Assembly: GCA_900546525.1 (NCBI GenBank)
Contig: URDE01000001.1
Coordinates: forward strand, 1 to 56,838
Reading direction: 5' to 3'
Source: an uncultured Collinsella sp.
GTDB lineage: Bacteria; Actinomycetota; Coriobacteriia; Coriobacteriales; Coriobacteriaceae
Length of the DNA stretch: 56,838 nt
Position 1 is the first letter of the stretch. Each line of letters starts with the position of its first letter. A program made the position numbers and the translations under genes. The notes beneath the pieces were generated by a model, which saw only the letters and a list, made by a program, of their open reading frames with translations, searched no databases and was not told the DNA's origin. Positions 9,049-18,896 of the stretch are shown piece after piece.

Positions 9049-10332
9049 ATGGCTGAAGAATTCGATTTCCATCCGATGTGGGAGAGCCTCGGCATGAATC
9101 TTGCCGACCACGACATGCTGCTGGGCGCCGTGGGCCAGATGTACGGCGATATGTTCCTGACGCAGAACAATCGCCCCAAGTCCACGTCCTACCTGGATTT
9201 TGTTGCCACCAACATCCACAGCGGCCGTATTAAGGAGATGCTCGACAAGAAGGAGGCCGGCGAGGCCACCAAGATCGTGGGCTCGTTCTGCGTGTACGTG
9301 CCCGAGGAGATCGTGCTTGCCTGTGACGGCATTCCCGTGGGCCTGTGCTCGGGTGCCGATTGGGCAACCGATAAGGTCGAGGAGCACCTGCCGCGCAACA
9401 CCTGCCCGCTTATCAAGAGCTTTGCCGGCTTTAAGCTGGGCGAGGTCTGCCCTTACATTGAGTCGAGTGACCTGGTGGTGGGCGAGAACACCTGCGATGG
9501 CAAGAAGAAGGCCTACGAGTTTTTTGCCACGCAAAAGAACATGTACGTTATGGATATTCCCAACGTGCACGATGAGTCGACGCTCGTGACTTGGAAGGCC
9601 GAGGTCAAAAAGCTCGCCGCCAAGATCGAGGAAGAGTGTGGCGTCAAGATTACGCCCGAGCGCCTGAAGGCCGCCATCCACGCCGTCAATGAGAAGCGTC
9701 GCGCCCTGCAGCGTCTCGCTGCCACGCGCGCTGCCGATCCGGCGCCCATCAGCGGTCTCGACAGCCTGCTGACCGTTCAGGCCGCCTTTATGGACGACAC
9801 GCCGCGTCTGACCGGAGCCATTAACGATATGGCGGCTGAGTGCGAGCAGCGTGTCGAGGCCGGCGAGGGCGTGGCGCCCAAGGGGACCAAGCGCATCCTG
9901 TACACCGGTACGCCCATGGCCGTGCCCAACTGGAAGCTGTTCAACCTCATCGAGAAAGCCGGCGGCGTTGTGGTGGGCGAGGAGTCCTGCACGGGCTCGC
10001 GCTACTACAAGGACCTGGTCGACGAGTCCGGTGAGACGGTCGACGAGATGCTCGACGCCATCGCCGAGCGCTACTTTAAGATTAACTGCGCCGTCTTTAC
10101 GCCCAACGACCAGCGTATGAAGGACATCGTCCAGATGGCGCACGACCTGCATGCCGACGGCATCGTCGACGTGGCCTTGCAGTTCTGCACACTCTACGAA
10201 ATGGAGTCCTTCGCCGTGGAGGAAGCTGCCGAGGAGGCCGGCATTCCGTTTATGCGCATCACCACCGACTACGCCGGCGAGGACGCGGGGCAATTGCAGA
10301 CGCGCATTGAAGCTTTCTTGGAAACCATTTAG
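9049..10332 (+). CDS. 2-hydroxyacyl-CoA dehydratase family / double-cubane-cluster-type reductase (YjiM-like), paralog 1
   Basis: GSFCVYVPEE, NTCPLIKS, GENTCDGKKK, EESCTG, INCA and QLQTRIEAF motifs. Confidence 0.85.
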   Translation: MAEEFDFHPMWESLGMNLADHDMLLGAVGQMYGDMFLTQNNRPKSTSYLDFVATNIHSGRIKEMLDKKEAGEATKIVGSFCVYVPEEIVLACDGIPVGLCSGADWATDKVEEHLPRNTCPLIKSFAGFKLGEVCPYIESSDLVVGENTCDGKKKAYEFFATQKNMYVMDIPNVHDESTLVTWKAEVKKLAAKIEEECGVKITPERLKAAIHAVNEKRRALQRLAATRAADPAPISGLDSLLTVQAAFMDDTPRLTGAINDMAAECEQRVEAGEGVAPKGTKRILYTGTPMAVPNWKLFNLIEKAGGVVVGEESCTGSRYYKDLVDESGETVDEMLDAIAERYFKINCAVFTPNDQRMKDIVQMAHDLHADGIVDVALQFCTLYEMESFAVEEAAEEAGIPFMRITTDYAGEDAGQLQTRIEAFLETI

Positions 10333-10350
10333 GGCTATCCGTCTCGGTGA

Positions 10351-10446
10351 CTTCCCCAGGCACCCGATCTTGCCGTTCAAACCGTCGCTTGCGTACCAAA
10401 GTACGCGGTGCTCCTCATTTACGGCAACCTCGGGCACCCGGGAAAG
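10351..10446. repeat. Rod-like repeat, family B copy 1 (central GCGTACCAAAGTACGC)
   Basis: Near-identical to 11647-11743 with compensatory stem changes. Confidence 0.85.
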
Positions 10447-10482
10447 CTGTTTCCTTGGTTGGTTAAAAGGTTTAGGAGTTAT

Positions 10483-11646
10483 ATGTCGGAAAATATTGAG
10501 CAGCCGTTGCCGCGCACGTTTGAGGAGTTCAACGAGCAGCGCAAGGCGGCGTTTATTCGCGTTAAGGAATATAAGCAGGCGGGTAATCGCCTGGTCGGCT
10601 TTTTGTGCAGCTATACGCCACTCGAGATTATCGATGCCGCGGGGGCCGCAAGTGTCGCTCTGTGCGGTACGTCCGATGAGGTGATTCCCGAGGCCGAGAA
10701 GGTGCTGCCGGCAAACCTCTGCCCGCTCATCAAGTCGACGTACGGTTTTGCCTATTCGCAAAAGTGCCCGTTTACGTACTTTAGCGACATGATCATCGGC
10801 GAGACCACCTGCGACGGCAAGAAGAAGATGTACGAGCTACTCAACGAGCTCAAGCGCACGCACGTTCTGCACCTGCCGCAGGGTCGCGATCGCGCCTACG
10901 AGCGTGAAGGCTGGTACGAGGAGTGCCGCCTGCTCAAGGAGGAGCTCGAGAACTTCTACGGTATTACGATTACTGATGACGACCTGCGCGCCGCCGTCCG
11001 TCGTCGCAATCGCCTGCGTGCTGCCCAGCTCGAGATGTTTGCGCTGCAGGCCAACCAGCCGGCGGCCATGAGCGGCGTCGACCTGATGAGCACCATGTTT
11101 GCCGGTACGTTCAGCTTTGATATCGAGGCCTATACGCAGCAGCTGGAGCAAAAGGTTGTCAAGCTGCGCGAGGCCTACGGCGCGGGCGAGCGCCCGGTTG
11201 CGGCGGATGCCAAGCGCATTCTGATCACCGGTTGCCCGGTGGGCGGCGTGATCAATAAGATCGGTCGCACCATCGAGTCCAACGGCGGTGTGGTCGTGTG
11301 CATGGACGACTGCTCGGGCGAGCGCACTGCGGCCATGATGGTCGACCCGGAGGCTCCCGACATCCTGCGCGCCATCGCCGACCGCTACCTGGATATCAAC
11401 TGCTCGGTCATGACGCCCAACGACGGCCGTATGGAAAACACGCTGGCCATGTGCGAGAAGTATCACGTCGATGGCGTAGTGGAGAGCGTGCTCCAGGCGT
11501 GCCACACCTTTAACGTGGAGAGTGCGCGCATGCAGGAGGCCGTCGAGGGTGCGGGTATTCCGTACATGAAGATCGAGACCGACTACAGCAACGGCGACAT
11601 GGGCCAGATCGAGACGCGCATCGCTGCCTTTATCGAAACTCTCTAG
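10483..11646 (+). CDS. 2-hydroxyacyl-CoA dehydratase family / double-cubane-cluster-type reductase (YjiM-like), paralog 2
   Basis: [35 protein letters not shown] and QIETRIAAF motifs; AGGAG RBS before ATG 10483. Confidence 0.85.
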   Translation: MSENIEQPLPRTFEEFNEQRKAAFIRVKEYKQAGNRLVGFLCSYTPLEIIDAAGAASVALCGTSDEVIPEAEKVLPANLCPLIKSTYGFAYSQKCPFTYFSDMIIGETTCDGKKKMYELLNELKRTHVLHLPQGRDRAYEREGWYEECRLLKEELENFYGITITDDDLRAAVRRRNRLRAAQLEMFALQANQPAAMSGVDLMSTMFAGTFSFDIEAYTQQLEQKVVKLREAYGAGERPVAADAKRILITGCPVGGVINKIGRTIESNGGVVVCMDDCSGERTAAMMVDPEAPDILRAIADRYLDINCSVMTPNDGRMENTLAMCEKYHVDGVVESVLQACHTFNVESARMQEAVEGAGIPYMKIETDYSNGDMGQIETRIAAFIETL

Positions 11647-11749
11647 CTTCCTCAGGCACCGGATCTTGCCCCTCAAACCGTCGCTTGCGTACCCAAAGTA
11701 CGCTGCGCTCCTCTTTCGGGACAATCTCCGGCACCTGAGAAACCTAGAG
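11641..11749. repeat. Rod-like repeat, family B copy 2 (central GCGTACCCAAAGTACGC)
   Basis: Nested inverted repeats CTCTAG/CTAGAG, CTCAGG/CCTGAG, CCGGA/TCCGG, GCGTAC/GTACGC. Confidence 0.85.
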
Positions 11750-11801
11750 CTAAGGCGCCTGAACGCGCCGCTGTCTTTGATGTTTAGATTGGGAGAGAGC
11801 C

Positions 11802-12566
11802 ATGATAGGGATCGGGATTGATATCGGGTCTACGGCGGCTAAGGCTGCTGTGGTCGATGGGGAGGGTTCGGTGGCGTGGATGTGCGTGCAGCCAACCGGG
11901 TTTTCCTCGGTCGATGCTTCCGAGCGGCTGCGCGAGGCGCTGGCAGCGGCTGGCTACGACGTGACGGCCGACGACGTGCGCGTGGTCGCGACCGGCTACG
12001 GTCGTGTCGCCGTGCCCTATGCGCACAAGGTCGTGACCGAGATTACCTGCCACGGTACCGGTGCCGTGCGCCTGTTTGGCGATCACGGCACCGTGATCGA
12101 CGTGGGCGGTCAGGACACCAAGGTCATTCAGCTTAAAAGTGGTCGAGTGGCCAAGTTTGCCATGAACGACAAGTGCGCCGCCGGCACGGGGCGCTTTTTG
12201 GAGATCATGGCCGACCGCCTAGGTATTTCCCAGCAGCAGATGGCCGATCTGGCACGTTCCGGCGAGCCTACCAAGATTTCCAGCATGTGCACGGTGTTTG
12301 CCGAAAGCGAGGTCATCAGCCTGATCGGTCGTGGCGAGCCGCGCGAGAACATTGCGCGTGGCGTGATCGACAGCGTGGTCTCGCGCGTGGCGACCATGGC
12401 CGGGCAGGCCGCGGGCGCCCCGTACTACCTGACCGGTGGCCTGTGCGAGAACGCCTTCGTGGTGGAGCGGTTGGGCGAGCTACTGGGGTCGCCGGTGACC
12501 ACCTCGCCCCAGGCTCGCTTTGCCGGTGCCATTGGCGCGGCGATTCGCGCACAGGCGCTCAATTAA
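11802..12566 (+). CDS. ATP-dependent [4Fe-4S] activator (HgdC/YjiL-type ASKHA ATPase)
   Basis: GIDIGSTAAK, ATGYGR, TEITCH, IDVGGQDTK, MNDKCAAGTGRFLE and CTVFAESE motifs. Confidence 0.93.
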   Translation: MIGIGIDIGSTAAKAAVVDGEGSVAWMCVQPTGFSSVDASERLREALAAAGYDVTADDVRVVATGYGRVAVPYAHKVVTEITCHGTGAVRLFGDHGTVIDVGGQDTKVIQLKSGRVAKFAMNDKCAAGTGRFLEIMADRLGISQQQMADLARSGEPTKISSMCTVFAESEVISLIGRGEPRENIARGVIDSVVSRVATMAGQAAGAPYYLTGGLCENAFVVERLGELLGSPVTTSPQARFAGAIGAAIRAQALN

Positions 12567-12636
12567 TGCATCCGCCGCAGGCTCGCATTCATGCGTATAC
12601 TGGGAGAAAATGATTGACCGATGAGAGGAGGTATCG

Positions 12637-13686
12637 ATGGCTGACGATCAGATTAAGCTCACGTCTATGACCGCCGCGAGCGGTTGAGCCGCTAAGCTGG
12701 CTCCCGGAGCCCTCGCCCAGGTCCTGGGCGACTTGCCCAATGTGCATAACGACAACCTGCTCGTGGGGTTCGATACCTCCGACGATGCGAGTGTCTTTCG
12801 CGTAGGGGAGAACTTGGGCCTCGTGCAGTCCATCGACTTCTTCCCACCGATGGTCGACGACCCGTTTCTGTTTGGCCAGATTGCCGCGGCAAACTCACTG
12901 TCGGACATCTATGCCATGGGAGGCACTCCCTCGCATGCCATGAACCTGCTCTGCATCCCCAGCTGCCTGGGGGTGGAGGTGGCCGGTCAGATTCTGGCGG
13001 GCGGCGCCGACAAGTGCGTCGAGGCGGGTTGCTCCATCGCGGGCGGCCACACCATCAACGACGACGAGCCCAAGTACGGCTTGTCCGTGAGCGGCTTTGT
13101 CGCGCTTGACCGTATGCTCGCCAACAGCGGCGCACGCGTGGGCGATGCGTTACTGCTGACCAAGGCGGTTGGCTCGGGCATCATCACCACGGCCATTAAG
13201 GGCGAGCTCATCGAGCAGGACGAGGCCGCAGCCATGTTTGACTCGATGTGCACCCTCAACGAGGCGCCGATTCGTCTGGCCGAGGGACTCGGGCTTCACG
13301 GCTGCACCGACATCACGGGCTTTGGCCTGATCGGGCATGCGTGCGAGATGGCCGAGGGCTCGGGCGTGCAGATTGAGCTTGCGTCGGGGGCGGTGCCGCT
13401 CTTTGACCAGGTGCTCGACATGGCGCGTCTGGGCATTATCCCCGCGGGCTCCTACCGCAACCAGGATTTCTTTGGCCCGCGCGTGACGGCCGACGAGGAC
13501 CTTGAGCCGGGCATGCTCGACGCGCTGTACGATCCGCAGACCTCGGGTGGTTTGCTCATCGCGGCGCCTGCTGCCGATGTGGATGAACTTGCGCGCCGCC
13601 TGGATGCCGAGGGACGTATCGCCGCCGTTGTCGGTCGCGTGTGCGAGCTGGTGCCAGGCGGTCCTGCCGTCCACGTTGTCCGTTAA
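12637..13686 (+). CDS. selD: Selenophosphate synthetase, selenoprotein form (Sec17 from UGA 12685-12687)
   Basis: AGGAGG RBS, KLTSMTAASG-U-AAKL matching the G(C/U)xxK motif, DDAS, DFFPP, GGHT and DPQTSGGLL motifs; frame continuous through TGA. Confidence 0.95.
12699..12711 (+). promoter_or_regulatory. Putative SECIS hairpin of selD
   Basis: GGCTC-CCG-GAGCC stem-loop starting 11 nt after the UGA. Confidence 0.6.
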
Positions 13687-13743
13687 CGACACGTTTATTG
13701 AGCTCTGTACCGTTCTAAAACGATTAATTCGAAAGGAAAAACT

Positions 13744-14370
13744 ATGTCTACCAAGATTGAAGTCAATGCCATGGGCGATGCCTGCCCGCTGCCCGTCGTC
13801 AAGACGCTCAAAGCCCTGAAGCAGCTCGATGGCGAGGGCACAGTTGTGACCTCGGTCGATAACGAGACCGCCGTCAAGAACATCTCCAAGATGGCGCAGG
13901 AGAAGGGCTGCACGGCCTCAGTCGAGAAGGTTTCTGACGCCGAGTGGCACGTGACCGTGGCGACCTCTGGCGCCGTTGCCGTGGCTGATCCCGAGCAGGA
14001 TGGCGCTGCCTTCTGTGATGCCAGCGCCGGCAAGGGCAAGCTCGTCATTTCCGTCTACACCGACTGCATGGGCCGCGGCGACGACGAGCTGGGCCACAAG
14101 CTCATGAAGGCCTTCATCTTTGCCGTGACGCAGCAGGAGGAGCTGCCCGCGACCATGTTGTTCTACAACGGCGGCGCCAAACTCACCGTCGAGGGCTCAC
14201 CGGTACTCGACGACCTGAAGGGTCTGGCCGAGCAGGGTGTCGAGATTCTCACCTGCGGTACCTGCCTCGACCACTATGGCATTAAAGACCAGCTCGCGGT
14301 GGGTGAGGTCACCAACATGTACGTTATCGTGGAGAAGATGGAGCAGGCAGTGCGCGTCGTGCGCCCGTAG
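13744..14370 (+). CDS. yedF: Selenium metabolism protein YedF (SirA/TusA domain + DsrE-like domain)
   Basis: GDACPLPVVKT TusA motif; MGRGDDELG, FYNGG and CGTCLDHY motifs; follows selD. Confidence 0.88.
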   Translation: MSTKIEVNAMGDACPLPVVKTLKALKQLDGEGTVVTSVDNETAVKNISKMAQEKGCTASVEKVSDAEWHVTVATSGAVAVADPEQDGAAFCDASAGKGKLVISVYTDCMGRGDDELGHKLMKAFIFAVTQQEELPATMLFYNGGAKLTVEGSPVLDDLKGLAEQGVEILTCGTCLDHYGIKDQLAVGEVTNMYVIVEKMEQAVRVVRP

Positions 14371-14389
14371 CGTATTAGTTGGAGTTGCC

Positions 14390-14641
14390 ATGAGGGAGAA
14401 GCGCCCGGCGCTTGTCATCACGTTTCCCACCACGGCGGCCGCCATGGGTTGCGAGTCCCTGTGCATCGAGCGCGGCCTCCCCGGGCGAACGATTCCCGTG
14501 CCCGGGGAGGTCGCTGCCGGCTGCGGTTTGGCATGGAAGGCGTTGCCTGCCGATGAGGAACTGCTGCGCGCCGAGCTTGCCGCAGCAGGTGTTCCCACCG
14601 AGGGCTTTACCGTGATCGATATGTGGGAGGTCGTGCGATGA
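14390..14641 (+). CDS. DUF3343 family putative Se/S carrier-like small protein
   Basis: ITFPTTAAAM...GRTIPVPGEVAAGCGLAW pattern. Confidence 0.8.
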   Translation: MREKRPALVITFPTTAAAMGCESLCIERGLPGRTIPVPGEVAAGCGLAWKALPADEELLRAELAAAGVPTEGFTVIDMWEVVR

Positions 14642-15777
14642 TCTACCTGGATAACGCGGCGACGACCATGCATAAGCCGCAGGCGGTGATCGATGCCGTG
14701 ACGCAGGCGATGTGCTCGCTCGGCAATGCCGGGCGCGGCGCCACGTCGGGTGCGCTCGATGCGGCGCGTACCATCCACGGCTGCCGCGCCAAGCTTGCGC
14801 GCTTGCTGGGCTGTCCGCGTGCTGACCATGTTTGTTTTACGCCCAACTCCACCGCGGCACTCAACACCGTCATCAATGGCGTGGTGCGCCCCGGCGACCG
14901 TGTGGTCACGACGGTGCTCGAGCACAACTCCGTGCTGCGTCCGCTCAACCGCCTGGCGGTAGAGCAGGGCGTGACCGTTGAGCATGCGGGCTGCGACGCG
15001 AACGGCGCGCTCGACTACGATGAGCTCGAGCGGCTGGTCACGCTCGGCACGCGTGCCGTAGTGGTGACGCACGCCTCCAATGTGACCGGCAACGCGGTCG
15101 ACATTGCACGCGTGGCTGCCATGGCCCATGCGGCAGGTGCGCTGGTGATCGTCGATGCCTCGCAGTCTGCCGGCACGGCGCATATCGATATGCAGGCCAT
15201 GGGGCTCGACGTGGTGTGCTTTACCGGCCACAAGGGGCTCATGGGTCCGCAGGGGACCGGCGGCCTGGCCGTGGCGGAGGGCGTCGACGTGGCACCCTGG
15301 GCCATGGGTGGCACCGGTGTACACAGCTTCGATGAGCTGCAGCCGCTGGAGTGGCCCACGCGCCTGGAGGCGGGCACGCTCAACGGCCACGGCATCGCGG
15401 GCCTTTCTGCCGGCCTCGACTTTATCGAGGCCCAGGGTGGGGTCGAGGCGATTGCTGCCCACGAGCATGCGCTCGCTGATCGCTTCCTTGCCGGTGTGCG
15501 CGAGATTCCGGGGATTAAGCTCTACGGTGCCTTTGACCAACTCGCGCGCTCGGCGATTGTGTCGCTCAACGTGGGCGATATCGACTCTGCCGAGATCTCG
15601 GATGCGCTCATGCAAGGGTGGGGGATTGCGACGCGCCCCGGTGCCCATTGCGCTCCGCTCATGCACCGTGCGCTAGGGACCGAGCGTCAGGGTGTCGTTC
15701 GCTTCTCGTTTGGGTATTTCAACACGGACGAGGAAGTCGACACCGCGATTGACGCTTTGCGCGATTTAGCCTGCTAG
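14638..15777 (+). CDS. Class V PLP enzyme, cysteine desulfurase / selenocysteine lyase-like
   Basis: IYLDNAATT, EHNSV, DASQSAG, TGHKGLMGPQG and RPGAHCAP motifs. Confidence 0.9.
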   Translation: MIYLDNAATTMHKPQAVIDAVTQAMCSLGNAGRGATSGALDAARTIHGCRAKLARLLGCPRADHVCFTPNSTAALNTVINGVVRPGDRVVTTVLEHNSVLRPLNRLAVEQGVTVEHAGCDANGALDYDELERLVTLGTRAVVVTHASNVTGNAVDIARVAAMAHAAGALVIVDASQSAGTAHIDMQAMGLDVVCFTGHKGLMGPQGTGGLAVAEGVDVAPWAMGGTGVHSFDELQPLEWPTRLEAGTLNGHGIAGLSAGLDFIEAQGGVEAIAAHEHALADRFLAGVREIPGIKLYGAFDQLARSAIVSLNVGDIDSAEISDALMQGWGIATRPGAHCAPLMHRALGTERQGVVRFSFGYFNTDEEVDTAIDALRDLAC

Positions 15778-15800
15778 AGCTGCTAGACCGTTTATACTTG

Positions 15801-15831
15801 CGGGACGGGTGTTTTTGCCCGTCCCGTTTTT
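15801..15831 (+). terminator. Rho-independent terminator
   Basis: CGGGACGGGT/GCCCGTCCCG stem followed by T run. Confidence 0.75.
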
Positions 15832-15854
15832 GTTTCGACCCGAAAGGTGGTCCC

Positions 15855-17213
15855 ATGGCTTCATCCACCCCGCGTGGTCTACGCTCCGACCATGTCGTTA
15901 CCGTCGGCATCGCCCTGTTCTCGATGCTCTTTGGCGCCGGCAACCTCATTATTCCGCCACTGCTGGCGCTGCAGGCAGGTTCTGCCACGCCGGTCGCCAT
16001 GCTCGGCTTTCTGATTGCAGCCATCGGCCTGCCCGTCATGGGCTTTATCGCTGTCGCGCTCGCCGGTACGGCCCGCGAGCTGGCCGGGCGCGTGCACCCC
16101 AAGTTTGGTGAGTTCTTTGTCGCGGCTGTGTATCTGGCCATCGGTCCGTGCCTGGCCATTCCGCGCACGAGCTCCACGGCGTTCGAAATGCTGGTGCCGC
16201 TGCTACCCGAGGGTGTTTCGCTCGGCACGGCACGTCTGGTGTTTGCCATCGGGTTCTTCGTCGTCGCGTTTGCGCTCACGCTGCGTCCGGGCGTCATCAC
16301 GCGCGTGCTTGGTCGCATTACGGGCCCCGCGCTTATCGCGCTCATCGTGCTGGTTGTGGGTGCTGCCGTGATCTCGCCGCTGGGACCGGCTGCCGCGCCT
16401 CAGGCTCCCTACGATGCAGGCGCCGCCGTGCAAGGCTTTTTGACCGGCTACCAGACCATGGACCTGCTCGCGTCGCTCGCCTTTGGCATTATCATCGCCG
16501 AGACCATCCACGAGCTGGGTGTTACCGATGACAAGCGCGTGGCCTTCGAGATTTCGCGTTCCGGTGTGATCGCCGGCGTGCTCATGGCCGTCATCTACTG
16601 CGGCCTGGCGCTTGCCGGCACGCAGCTCAGCACCGTGATGCCCGATGCCACCAATGGTGCTGCCATCCTCGCCCGTTCGGCGTCTATGCACTTTGGTCTT
16701 GCTGGCACGGTTGTCGTCTTTGCGATTTTCTTCCTCGCCTGCATGAACGTGTGCATCGGCCTCATCAGCTGCTGCTCGCGTTACTTCTGCGAGACGTATG
16801 TGGTTAAAGGGGGAGCGGAGGCTTCCGAGGAGGCTATGCGCCGTCCCTTTGCGATCCTCGCCTTTGTGTTCGCGGCGTTTTCGTGCGTGCTCTCCAACGT
16901 GGGCCTCGACATGATCCTCATGTTCTCGGTGCCCATGCTCAACGCCTTGTATCCCGTTGCCATCGTGCTGGTACTGATGGGCCTGGTGCACGGTTTTTGC
17001 GATGCGCATCCGCAGGTGTGGGTTTGGGTCGGCGGCGTTGTCGCGGTGCAGAGCGTAATCACTTCGGTCCGCGATGCGTTCTTTGCTGGCTCGTGGCTGC
17101 CGTTCGATGCGTTGCCGCTGGCAGATATCGGTGCTGCGTGGGCACCGGTTGCTGTGGCGGCGTTTGTGATCGGTCTGGCCCATAGCCGGTTTGTCGCTCA
17201 TTCGAGGAGCTAG
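15855..17213 (+). CDS. brnQ: Branched-chain amino acid:cation symporter (LIVCS family)
   Basis: LFSMLFGAGNLIIPP, AIPRT, GYQTMDLLASLAFG and LYPVAI motifs; ~12 TM. Confidence 0.9.
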   Translation: MASSTPRGLRSDHVVTVGIALFSMLFGAGNLIIPPLLALQAGSATPVAMLGFLIAAIGLPVMGFIAVALAGTARELAGRVHPKFGEFFVAAVYLAIGPCLAIPRTSSTAFEMLVPLLPEGVSLGTARLVFAIGFFVVAFALTLRPGVITRVLGRITGPALIALIVLVVGAAVISPLGPAAAPQAPYDAGAAVQGFLTGYQTMDLLASLAFGIIIAETIHELGVTDDKRVAFEISRSGVIAGVLMAVIYCGLALAGTQLSTVMPDATNGAAILARSASMHFGLAGTVVVFAIFFLACMNVCIGLISCCSRYFCETYVVKGGAEASEEAMRRPFAILAFVFAAFSCVLSNVGLDMILMFSVPMLNALYPVAIVLVLMGLVHGFCDAHPQVWVWVGGVVAVQSVITSVRDAFFAGSWLPFDALPLADIGAAWAPVAVAAFVIGLAHSRFVAHSRS

Positions 17214-17304
17214 GGTATCGTCGCTTGCACAGGCGCGAAGTCTCCCCTATAATTTCCTTCGCTTTGGGACACGCAAGGTTTATGCCTTAGCTGCTCAACA
17301 CCTT

Positions 17305-17381
17305 CGGGACGTGGCGCAGTTTGGTAGCGCGCCTGCTTTGGGAGCAGGATGTCGCAGGTTCAAATCCTGTCGTCCCGACCA
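17305..17381 (+). tRNA. tRNA-Pro(TGG)
   Basis: Cloverleaf; anticodon arm CCTGC-TTTGGGA-GCAGG; encoded CCA. Confidence 0.96.
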
Positions 17382-17387
17382 TATCTT

Positions 17388-17461
17388 GCGGGCGTAGTTC
17401 AATGGTAGAACCCCAGCCTTCCAAGCTGATGACGCGGGTTCGATTCCCGTCGCCCGCTCCA
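17388..17461 (+). tRNA. tRNA-Gly(TCC)
   Basis: Cloverleaf; anticodon loop CTTCCAA; GGTTCGATT T-loop; encoded CCA. Confidence 0.96.
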
Positions 17462-17543
17462 TAGGATAGTTTTAACGGCTTTGGCTTCATTTGGCGCCAG
17501 AGTCGTTTTCATATACATGCCGGGGACCCCACATCCCCTCCTA

Positions 17544-17610
17544 AGTTGCGGTGAAATACGGACTGTTTTTCGGCTTTTATGGCCCATGTAGTCCGTATTT
17601 CACCGCAACT
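17544..17610. repeat. REP-like hairpin (left unit)
   Basis: 21-bp IR AGTTGCGGTGAAATACGGACT / AGTCCGTATTTCACCGCAACT. Confidence 0.9.
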
Positions 17611-17795
17611 AATTGTAAGGGTGGATTTTGATGCCGTTGGGAGGGTCGTAGCGACCGTCTACCGAGAGTGGAAATATTTTTTGAAGCTCTGACCTGCGAC
17701 GTCAAGCTTTTGGTCAGCTTTTGGCAAGGTATTTAAATGCCGTTCTGCGATAGCGTAAAGGCGTTCACTCGTTCTTGATTGTTATGGTGCGGGTC

Positions 17796-18794
17796 ATGTC
17801 CAATAAAGCTAAACATTTTCCGAAGTCATATGCCAAGATGCTGTTTTCCGCTCTCGGGATTCATCATGACGAGCAGCTATTGATAACGACTGATCCTTGG
17901 GATGAGCGGCGCGCGCGTGAGCTTATGCAGGAAGAGCTTTTAATTCGACTCTATAACCATGTGTACGCCGATCCTGTTTATTGGAGCCACCTTGACGTGG
18001 AAGCCCGCATTTTCCAGCTTGCATCTGCTATTGCGGCCGTCGAACCGGATGCCATTTTCTGCGGTTCAACGGCGGCATTGCTGTACGGTATCGGCTCTGC
18101 TTACTCGCTGCTTAATGCCGTTCAGATGTTGTTGCCGAGATCTACCAGGCGCGATACATATGAGTTCGTTGAGTATCGTCGATGGCGCCCAGGTGAGTTA
18201 TGGCGGCTCGGCCCGTTTACGCTGACGGACCCCTATCGGACGGTGGTCGATATTGCCCGCGCGAGTGCATTTCGGTATGCGCTTGGCTACGCCGATGGAT
18301 TGGCTCGTGAGTATGATGTCGACCGCGAGGAGCTGCGTGCGTATGCACAGGCCAATTGTCGCGGTTTGCATGGCATCGCCCGTGCGTTTGGCGTGTTCGA
18401 GCATATGGACGGGAGGTCGGATAACGGGGGAGAGTCCGAGGCGCGAGCGGCAATGATCCTTGCTGGAGTCGTTGCGCCTGAGCTTCAGGTTGAGATTGCT
18501 CGACCAGGAAATGCCGGCTATTATCTGGCAGATTATGGTTGGCGGATGCCAGATGGGTCATGGATGTTGGCAGAGCTTCATGGTTTGGGTAAGTTTGAGG
18601 ACGAAACTCAAAAAGATTTGGAATATGCTGCGGCAAAAACCTATCGAGCCGCCTTATTGCGCGATGCGAACTTACGTGCCATGGGTCATAACGTCATTCA
18701 TTTCAAGCTATCGGACACATATGATGTCGAAGAGTTTGGCGCTATGATGCGCGGCTACGGTATCCCAACTACAAAGCCTTTTGCGGATTCCTGA
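17796..18794 (+). CDS. Actinobacterial AbiEi-like / DUF559(Vsr)-like nuclease-fold protein
   Basis: FCGSTAALLYG, TDPYRTVVDIAR, DGRSDNGGESEAR, PELQVEI, ADYGW, AELHGLGKF and RDANLRAMG match the family pattern; start uncertain (17775/17784/17796). Confidence 0.7.
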   Translation: MSNKAKHFPKSYAKMLFSALGIHHDEQLLITTDPWDERRARELMQEELLIRLYNHVYADPVYWSHLDVEARIFQLASAIAAVEPDAIFCGSTAALLYGIGSAYSLLNAVQMLLPRSTRRDTYEFVEYRRWRPGELWRLGPFTLTDPYRTVVDIARASAFRYALGYADGLAREYDVDREELRAYAQANCRGLHGIARAFGVFEHMDGRSDNGGESEARAAMILAGVVAPELQVEIARPGNAGYYLADYGWRMPDGSWMLAELHGLGKFEDETQKDLEYAAAKTYRAALLRDANLRAMGHNVIHFKLSDTYDVEEFGAMMRGYGIPTTKPFADS

Positions 18795-18826
18795 TAGCAG
18801 AGACAACCGACTCCGCCGCCCAACAA

Positions 18827-18896
18827 TAAGTTGCGGTGAAATACGGACTAAAGGCTACTCAGAGACATAAAACAGTCCGTATTTCACCGCAACTTA
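18827..18896. repeat. REP-like hairpin (right unit)
   Basis: TAAGTTGCGGTGAAATACGGACT / AGTCCGTATTTCACCGCAACTTA inverted repeat. Confidence 0.9.

Noticed and set aside
12637..13686. selD apparently truncated by an early stop
   Set aside because: The TGA is at the catalytic Cys/Sec position, has a downstream hairpin, and selABC are present; it is Sec, not a pseudogene
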